Shown here in pieces: positions 50,080 through 64,000 of a DNA stretch of 64,000 bases; position 1 is the first letter of the stretch, and each line of letters begins with the position of its first letter. The stretch is from the human T2T-CHM13v2.0 reference genome, Homo sapiens: NCBI RefSeq assembly GCF_009914755.1, contig NC_060933.1; one strand, written 5' to 3'. Under the pieces are notes generated by a model. It was not told the DNA's origin and made no database searches. It saw only the letters and a program-made list of their open reading frames with translations. Made by a program: the position numbers and the translations under genes.

Positions 50080-50170
50080 CAGGACTGTTTACCAACCAAT
50101 ATTAAAGTATTTTAATATTTTAATAACCAGTGCAACCACACCAGTACATCTCAGCTAAACATCAGCCCTG
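50080..50170. mobile_element. Possible hAT MITE fragment
   Basis: caggactg...cagccctg terminal-inverted-repeat-like ends. Confidence 0.3.
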
Positions 50171-51023
50171 GCCACAACAGTATTATTTCAATAATTAGGA
50201 TGTCCACTTCCATGCAATAGTCAAAACTTTGATTTTCTCTACTTCTCCACCTCAGACCTGCTTCAAACTGGGAAGAGAGCTCACTGAGTATGTCTATCTG
50301 GGGGAAGAAAGGCATGAAAGAGAGATGAAGAACAGAAAAGGCCCTATTTAATCTGATGTTACAGAATGTTCACAACCGGCTCTATCCCTGAAAGATTCCT
50401 ACTGAGAGATCCACAGTGATTTCCCATTTTGCACACCCAGTTATGTCTCAAGATACAAGCAATGTGGCTCTTCCTGCTGACTCCTTTCAGGCACCACTTC
50501 CAGCATCCGCCCCTGGAGGTGCAACCCACAGCCTCTCCGCTGGTGCCCCTCAACTCTTGGTCAGGGTCCCTTCTGCACAGCTCCACCTCAATTACCTCCT
50601 AGACTGTACTTGACTCATGGGACCCCCTTGTCATGCAAATGATGAAAGTGTAGGCACTCACACCACTTTCCTCTCTTCTTACCGTGGTTCCTGGTTCCTC
50701 TCAGTGTCTTGGACCTGTGGTTTTCACAGGCAGAGGTCCAACATTTGCTTCTTAATTTGCTCCTAGAATCCAGGGAGATGATACAAGCTCATAGAATAGC
50801 CTCCTTACAGGCCCTCCTGCCAGGCAAGGATGTGGGAGAGTAAATATTCAACCGCACCCAGCAACATTCTCCTGAGAAATCTCCCTATTCAACCATTCAA
50901 TGCAATTGTCTTCTATCCTTGAATGGATCTTGAACAAAGGTCTGTCACAAAGCTATTCACCAATTCATCTGCAAAATCCAAGAAAATGATTAAGCATCAT
51001 TTTTATAATGACTAAGGACTTGA

Positions 51024-51333
<310 letters not shown>

Positions 51334-51506
51334 TGTTTTGTTCTTAAAATAGAAGTCATTCCATGTCATTAAATATTCCACAATATGTTGTTTAGGGTTG
51401 AGTATTATTCTAGTCCCCTTTTGATGGACATTTAGATTGCTTCCAGTTTGAGGTTATTATAAATAAGCTGTGACAGTTTTATAGCCAGGTATTTCTGTAT
51501 ATTTAC

Positions 51507-51812
<306 letters not shown>

Positions 51813-51970
51813 TGTATATTTACTCTGTTAGGGGAAATTCCTAGATATCTAATTTCTACCAAATTTTCAATGGGTATAAAAGACACTTGAAAATGTAGTG
51901 CTTATTGTCATATTGTCCTCTGTTCCTCTGTGAAGATTTGGATATTTATGTTAACGACAGCACTATATGA

Positions 51971-52447
<477 letters not shown>

Positions 52448-52561
52448 TAGAGAAAATGGGGAAAGTACTCTTTTCAGAAAGAACAATGTTAAGTACACGT
52501 TTGGGAATTGAATATGAAGACCACTTTGGAAAAAATCTTGAAATTTGGGCATTATTTCTAT

Positions 52562-52650
52562 CAGCTGTGCTCAACCAGAGGAAATTTTGCCGCCTCGGGA
52601 CATTCAGCAATGTCTGGAGACATTTTTATTTGTTACAACTGTTGAGGGGA
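52562..52650. mobile_element. MER20 (hAT-Charlie) fragment
   Basis: ctcaaccagagg..attttgcc...ggacattcagcaatgtctggagacattttt. Confidence 0.75.
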
Positions 52651-53467
52651 GGTGGTGCAGAAGGTCTGAAGAAGAGAATGGAGAGAAAGTGTGTGTAATA
52701 CAGAAATAAATTGATGGAGAGATAATATGTCCTCAGATATCCTATCAACTGGACATACTCTACTAGACAATGATAGAAAACTGAAAAAATTAAGAATGAT
52801 GAACTAATAAATCAGAGACTTTAAGAACTTTAACCTTCAGGAAATTACCTAATTAGAAACCACTTAAAAATTAGAAGGAAAAAAAAGGCTGTTACATGTT
52901 CAAATTTCTTTTTGTCAATAAATGTCCCAGTTACAATTTGGGCAGATTAAAAATCAGAACCTGGAAGAAAAGAAACCAAGAACAGGCTCTCCTGTGCATA
53001 AGGAATGAAGCTGAAGTGTGGCTTGGAAACAAGAAAAGATAGAAATCACAGAAGTATTTTGAAGGAAATATAAATAAGACAGATCTGGAGAATCTGTTAA
53101 AGAGCCAAGAGAGAAAAATACAGGTTTACATCCCAGTAATATGCTTCACTTTAAAGGCAATGGGATTACCAAGTAAGGATAGCATTATACTTTACTTTCA
53201 ACAAAATACCTTTATTCTGTTTACACCATTTCTTTAAATGCTCTGGTTTTCATATAGAATATCCGAACACCTGGTGTGCCTGGGACTGAGGTTATACTCA
53301 GGGTGCAGGGCTATCGGCAGTAAGATCTGGACAGTGCCAGACAAGCTGGGAGTAAGCAAACTCGCTGTATCTTCGTGGGCTTCGATGCTTCACTTTCTTA
53401 TATGCTAAGCATTTCTTATTTTCATTTTATTTTTTAATTTCTCATTGTGATTTTAAAAACACATACA

Positions 53468-53785
53468 GGCCAGGCGTGGTGGCTCACGCGGTAATCCCAG
53501 CACTTTGGGAGGCCGAGGTGGGCGGATCACCTGAGGTCGGGAGTTCGAGACCAGCCTGGCTAACACGGTGAAAAACCCCATCTCTACTAAAAACTACAAA
53601 AAATTAGCTGGGCCTGGTGGCGGGCACCTGTAGTCCCAGCTGCTCAGGAGGCTGAGGCAGGAGAATGGCGTGAACCCAGGAGGCAGAGCTTGCAGTGAGC
53701 CGAGATCACGCCACTGCACTCCAGCCCAGGCAACAGAGTGAGACTCTGTCTCAAAAAAATTAAAAAAAAATTAAAAATTAAAAAA
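53468..53785 (+). mobile_element. Alu with S-type 5' part and Y-type 3' part
   Basis: gatcacctgaggtcgggagttcgagaccagcctg followed by gctaacacgg and gaatggcgtgaacc. Confidence 0.92.
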
Positions 53786-55430
53786 TACATATATATTTTA
53801 AAACACATAAGAAATTTACCATTTCAACCACTTTTTAAGTGCACAGTTCAGTAGCGTTCACTGTATGCACAGTGTTGTGTAACAAATCTCCAGAACTTTT
53901 TAATCTTGCAAACCTGAAACTAAACCAGTTAAACAACGTCTCCCCATTTCTCCATGTCCCCAGTCTCTGGCAATCACCATTGTAGTTTCTGTTTCTATGA
54001 GTTTGTCTATTTTTGAAACCTCCTATAAATGTAATCATACAATACTTGTCTTTTTGTGATTGGCTTATTTCACTTAGTACAATATCCTCAAGGTTCATTC
54101 ATGTTGTAGCATGTGACAGAATTTTCTTCTTTGTTAAGGTCAAATAGTATTCCATTGTATGTATATTCCACATTTTCTTTATTCATCTTTTAATAGACAT
54201 TTGGGTTGCTTCCAACTCTTGACTTTTGTGAATAATGCTGCAATTAACATGGGTATGCAGATAACTCTTTGACATAATTATTTTAGTTCTTTTGCATACA
54301 TACCCAGAAGTGAGATTCCTGGATCATATAGTAGTTCTATTTTTAATTATTTGGGGAACCTCAGATCATTTTTCCATAGCAGCTGCACCATTTTTTCATT
54401 CCTACCAACAGTGTAAAAGGGTTCCAGTTTCTTCTCATCCTTCCAATATGTTTTGCTTGGTCTTTTTTTGTAGTGACCATCCTGATGGGTAGGCGATCGC
54501 TCATTGTAGTTTTAATTTGATTAAAGGCACTGAACATTTTTTTAATGTTTATACTTCTTCTTGGGAGGAATGTCTATTCAAGTTCTTGGCCCATTTTTTT
54601 AACAGATTGTCTTTTGTTGTTGACTTGTAGTGGTTCTCTATAGACAAGTATTCTGGATATTAACCCCTTTTAGATATAATTTGCAAATATTTTCTCTCAT
54701 TTCACAGGTTGCTTTGTCACTGTTTCTTTGATGTGCAAAAATTTTTAAGTTTGATGTAGTCCTATTTGTCTACCTTTTTCTTTTGTTTCCTATTCTTTTG
54801 GTATCATATTCAAGAAATCATTACCAAATTCAGTGTCATGAAGCTTTTCTTACACTTTTCTCCTAGTCATTTTACAGTTGTAGGTCTCATGTCTAGGTCT
54901 TTAATCAATTTTAAGTTAATTTTTATATATGATGTAAGGTTAAGTTTCAACTTCATTCTTTTGCATGTGGATATCTAGTGTTTACAACACCAATTATTGA
55001 AGAGACTGTCCTTTCCCCATTGTTTTGTCTTGGTACCCTTGTTGAAGATCATGTATGTGAGAGTTTAATTCTGAACTTCCTGTTCTGTTTCATTGGTCTG
55101 TATATGTGTCTTTATGCCAGTGTTACACTGTCTTTAATTACTGTAGCTTCAAAATATTCTTAAAATCAAAAGTGTGAGCACTCTAACTTCATTCTTCTTT
55201 TTTAAGATTGTTTTGGCTATGCAGGGTCCCTTGAGATTCTATGTAAATTATAGAATGGTTTTATTCCATTTCTGCAAAAAAGTCATTTGCATTTTGTTAA
55301 GAATTGCATTGAATCAGTAAATCACTTTGGGTACATGGATATCTTAACACTAAGTCTTTCAATTCATGAGTACAGGATGTCTTTCTATTTATTTATGTCT
55401 CTTTAATTTCTTTCAGCAATGTCTTGTAGG

Positions 55431-55756
<326 letters not shown>

Positions 55757-56123
55757 TAGTTTTCAGTGTGCAAGGTTTTCCCATCCTTGGTTAAGTTTAT
55801 TCCAAAGTATCTTATTCTTCTTGTTACTATTGTTTATGCTTTTATAAGTTCCTGATGGGATTGTTTTCTTAAATGCGTTTTTGGATTACTGACTGTTAGT
55901 GTATAAATATGCAATTACTTTTTGTTCACTTTGGATTATAAAATTTTGTTGAATTTATTAGTTCTAACAGTTTTTAGTGCTTTCTACAATAAGATTATGT
56001 CATCTGTAAACAGAGATCATTTTACTTCTTGCTTTCCATTTTGGATAGCTGTTATTTCTTTCTCATATCTAATTTCCCAGGCTAAGACTGTCACTACTAT
56101 GTTGAATAGAAGTGGTCAGTATG

Positions 56124-56430
56124 GGCCAGGCGTGGTGGTTCACGCCTGTAATCCCAGCACTTTGGGAGGCCAAGGCAGGCGGATCACGAGGTCAGGAGAT
56201 CGAGACCATCCTGGCTAACACGGTGAAACCCCGTCTCTACTAAAAAAATACAAAAAAAAAAAAAAATTAGCCGGGCATGGTGGCGAGCGCCTGTAGTCCC
56301 AGCTACTCAGGAGGCTGAGGCAGAAGAATGGCTGAACCCAGGAGGCGGAGCTTGCAGTGAGCCGAGATCGTGCCCCTGCACCCCAGCCTGGGGAACAGAG
56401 CGAGACTCCGTCTCAAAAAAAAAAAAAAAA
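56124..56430 (+). mobile_element. AluY
   Basis: TSD agaagtggtcagtatg. Confidence 0.95.
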
Positions 56431-56724
56431 GAAGTGGTCAGTATGGACATTCTTGCCTTGTTCTTTTTCTTTTTTTTTATTATTATTATACTTTTAAGTT
56501 CTAGAGTACATGTGCACAATGTGCAAATTTGATACATATGTATACATGTGCCATGTTGGTGTGCTGCACCCATTAACTCATCATTTACATCAGGTATATC
56601 TCCTAATGCTATCCCTCCCCCCACCCAACAACAGGCCCCAGTGTGTGATGTTCCCCTTCCTGTGTCCAAGTGTTCTGATTGTTCAATTCCCACCTATGAG
56701 TGAGAACATGCAGTGTTTGGTTTT

Positions 56725-60510
<3,786 letters not shown>

Positions 60511-60574
60511 TATGATGTTAGCTGGTTAGTTTGCTCATTAGTTGATGCAGTTTCTTCCTAGCATCGATGGCCTT

Positions 60575-61567
60575 TACAATCTGGCATATTTTTGCAGTGA
60601 CTTGTACCGGTTTTTCCTTTCCATGTTTAGTGCTTCTTTCAAGAGCTCTTGTAGGGCAGGCCTGGTAGTGACAAAAATCTCTCAGAATTTGCTGGTCTGT
60701 AAAGGATTTTATTTCTCCTTCTCTTATGAAGCTTAGTTTGGCTGGATATGAAACTCTGGGTTGAAAATTCTTTTCTTTAAGAATGTTGAATATTGGCCCC
60801 CACTCTCTTCTGGCTTGTAGAGTTTCTGCCGAGAGATCCTCTGTTAGTTTGATGGGCTTCCCTTTGTGGGTAACCTGACCTTTCTCTCTGGCTGCCCTTG
60901 ACATTTTTTCCTTCATTTCAACTTTGATGAATCTGACAGTTATGTGTCTTGGAGTTGCTCTTCTCAAGGAGTATCTTTGTGGCATTCTCTGTATTTCCTG
61001 AATTTGAATGTTGGCCTGCCTTGCTAGCTTGGGAAAGTTCTCCTGGATAATATCCTGCCAAGTGTTTTCCAACTTGGTTCCATTTCTCCCCGTCACTTTC
61101 AGGTACACCAATCAGACGTAGATTTGGTCTTTTCACATAGTCCCATATTTCTTGGAGGCTTTGTTCGTTTCTTTTTACTCTTTTTTCTCTAAACTTCTCT
61201 TCTCACTTCATTTCATTCATCTGATCTTCAACCACTGATCGAATCGGCTACTGAAGCTTGTGTGTTCGTCACGTAGTTCTTGTGCCACGGTTTTCAGTCC
61301 ATCAGGTCCTTTGAGGTCTTCTCTACACTGGTTATTCTAGTCAGCCATTCGTCTAATCTTTTTTCAAGGTTTTTAGCTTCTTTGCGATGGGTTCAAACTT
61401 CCTCCTTTAGCTTGGAGAAGTTTGATCATCTGAAGCTTTCTTCTCTTGTCAAAGTCATTGTCTGTCCAGCTTTGTTCCTTTGCTGGAGAGGAGCTGCATT
61501 CCTTTGGAAGGGGAGAGGCACTCTGATTTTTAGAATTTTCAGCTTTTCTGCCCTGTTTTTTCCCCAT
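60575..61567 (-). pseudogene. L1 ORF1, disrupted
   Basis: MGKKQGRKAENSKNQSASP..., KRPNLRLIGVPE and ARREWGPIFNILKEKNFQPR in different frames. Confidence 0.95.
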
Positions 61568-61569
61568 CT

Positions 61570-62593
61570 TTGTGGTTTTATCTACCTTTGGTCTTTGATG
61601 ATGGTGACGTACAGATGGGGTTTTGGTGTGGATGTCCTTTCTGTTTGTTAGTTTTCCTTCTAACAGGCAGGACCCTCAGCTGCAGGTCTGTTGGAGTTTG
61701 CTGGAGGTCCACTCCAGCCCCTGTTTGCCTGGGTATCAGCAGCGGAGGCTGCAGAACAGTGAATATTGCTGAACAGCAAATCTTGCTGCCTGATCGCTCT
61801 TCTGGAAGCTTCATCTCAGTGTGGTACCTGGCCGTGTAAGGTGTCAGTCTGCCCCTACTGGATGGTGCCTCCCAGTTAGGCTACTCAGGGGTCAGGGACC
61901 CACTTGAGGAGGCAGTCTGTCTGTTCTCAGATCTCAAACTCCATGCTGGGAGAACCACTACTCTCCTCAAAGCTGTCAGACAGGGACATTTAAGTCTGCA
62001 GAGGTTTCTGCTGCCTTTTGTTCAGCTATGCCCTGTCCCCAGAGGTGGAGTCTACAGAGGCAGGCAGGCCTCCTTGAGCTGTGGTGGGCTCCACCCAGTT
62101 CGAGCTTCCAGGCCACTTTGTTTACCTACTCAAGCCTCAGCAATGGCAGGTGCCCCTTCCCCAGCCTCACTGCCGCCTTGCAGTTCAATCTCAGACTGCT
62201 GTGCTAGCAATAAGTGAGGCTCCGTGGGCATGGGACCCTCCGAGCCAGGCACGGGATATAATCTCCTGGTGTACTGTTTGCTAAGACCATTGGAAAAGTG
62301 CAGTATTAGGGTGGGAGTGACCCAATTTTCCAGGTGCCTTCTGTCACTGCTTCCCTTGGCTAGGAAAGGGAATTCCCTGACCCCTTGTGCTTCCCAGGTG
62401 AGGCGACGCCTTGCCCTGCTTCAGCTCATGCTCAGTGGGCTGCACCCACTGTCCTGCCCCCACTATCTGACAAGCCCCAGTGAGATGAAGCCAGTACCTC
62501 AGTTGGAAATGCAGAAATCACCCATCTTCTCCATCACTTATGCTGGGAGCTTAGACTGGAGCTGTTCCTATTCGGCCATCTTGGAACCGCCCC
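61570..62593 (-). promoter_or_regulatory. L1 5' UTR (sense Pol II promoter with YY1 site; antisense promoter)
   Basis: caagatggcc YY1 core near the 5' end (62574-62583); many CpGs decayed. Confidence 0.8.
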
Positions 62594-62907
62594 GCCTTGT
62601 TCTTGATCTTAGGGAAAGTTTTCAGGTTTTCATCATTGAGTATGGTGTTAGCCCTGTATGTGTGCACACATATTATATTTATATAACATTTATGTGTATA
62701 TCTATACATATACATACATACTTATTCAAACCCACACATAACATTTATTATGTTGAGGTAATTTTTTTCTACTCTTCGTTTCTTAATTTTGTCATGAAAG
62801 GGTGTTCAATTTTGTCACATGCTTTTTCTGAATCAATTAAGATGATTGTGTGCTTTTTGTCTTTTATTCTGTTAATGCAATGTATTACACTGATTTTCAT
62901 ATATTGA
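62143..62907 (+). pseudogene. L1 ORF0 homologue with stop at codon 25 and long read-through frame
   Basis: MAGAPSPASLPPCSSISDCCASNK* then GSVGMGPSEPG...IRVGVTQFSRC in the same frame. Confidence 0.8.
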
Positions 62908-63655
62908 ACTATCCTTGCATTAGGAGGAATAAAACCTGGTCACAATATATAGTTCTTTGAATGTACTGTTAAATTCAGTTTGCAAATATTTTGTTGAGGA
63001 TTTTTCATTAATATTCATCAGGTGTAATAATCTATAGTTTTCTTGTATCTTTGTCTAGGTTTGGTATCAGGGTAATGTTGCCCTTATAAAATAAGTTTAG
63101 AAGTGTTTTCTCTCTGCGATTTTTTTGGAAGAGGTTAAGGATAATTATTAATTTTTCTTTAAATGTTTGGTAGATTCTCCAGTGAAATCATTTGGGTCTG
63201 GTCCATTTTTTGTTGGGAGATTTTTGAATACTGATTTATTCTCCTTACTAGTTACACATCTGTTCAGATTTCTTTATTTCTTCATGATTCCATCTTGGTA
63301 GGTTGTATCTTACCACGAATTCACCCATTTCTTCTAGTTTGCCTAACTCGTTGGCTTATAATTGTTCTTAGTAGTCCCTTATAATCCTTTCTATTTCTGT
63401 GGCATCAGTTATAATATCTGATAAAAAATGAATGAGGCATTCATTTCTGATTTTAGTTATTTGAGTATTCTCTCTTTTTCTTAATCTAGCTAAAGGATTT
63501 TCAATTTTGTTGTTATTTTTTAAATCTAACTTTTATAAAAGTTATTCTTTATTCCATTTATTCTTACTCTAATCTTTATATTCTTCCTTCTGCTAACTTT
63601 GGATTTAGTTTGTTCTCTTTTACTGGTTCCTTTGTGTATAAAATTAACTTGTTGA

Positions 63656-63960
<305 letters not shown>

Positions 63961-64000
63961 GAGAGGCCTTTCTTTTTTTTATGGCATATTCCACTATAAA

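Overview
Gene-poor, repeat-dense primate genomic DNA (AluJ/S/Y and L1PA elements; probably an ape or human, though the species cannot be fixed from sequence alone). I see no host protein-coding gene, structural RNA gene, CpG island or CRISPR array. Nearly every ORF in the track is Alu-, L1-, ERV- or microsatellite-derived. The window holds 33 Alu copies (19 with AluY diagnostics), several nested L1s, about ten LTR/MaLR elements, a deleted ERVL provirus retaining its dUTPase frame, and a probable fossil hAT transposase. The L1s include a full-length minus-strand L1PA4-6-type copy with TSDs and a 5'-inverted L1PB-type copy. I found no convincing new biological system. Best leads: (1) an unassigned 83-bp inverted repeat at 26.7/28.2-28.6 kb, visible only after removing an Alu; (2) an L1 ORF0 frame that restarts and reads about 225 codons out of the element; (3) an open L1 endonuclease frame with its catalytic residues; (4) a pre-miRNA-sized hairpin at 31.3 kb; (5) a local duplication carrying an L1/L1 junction; (6) shared non-consensus AluY variants. 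Subfamily names are from memory of consensus sequences, and old-element boundaries are approximate.
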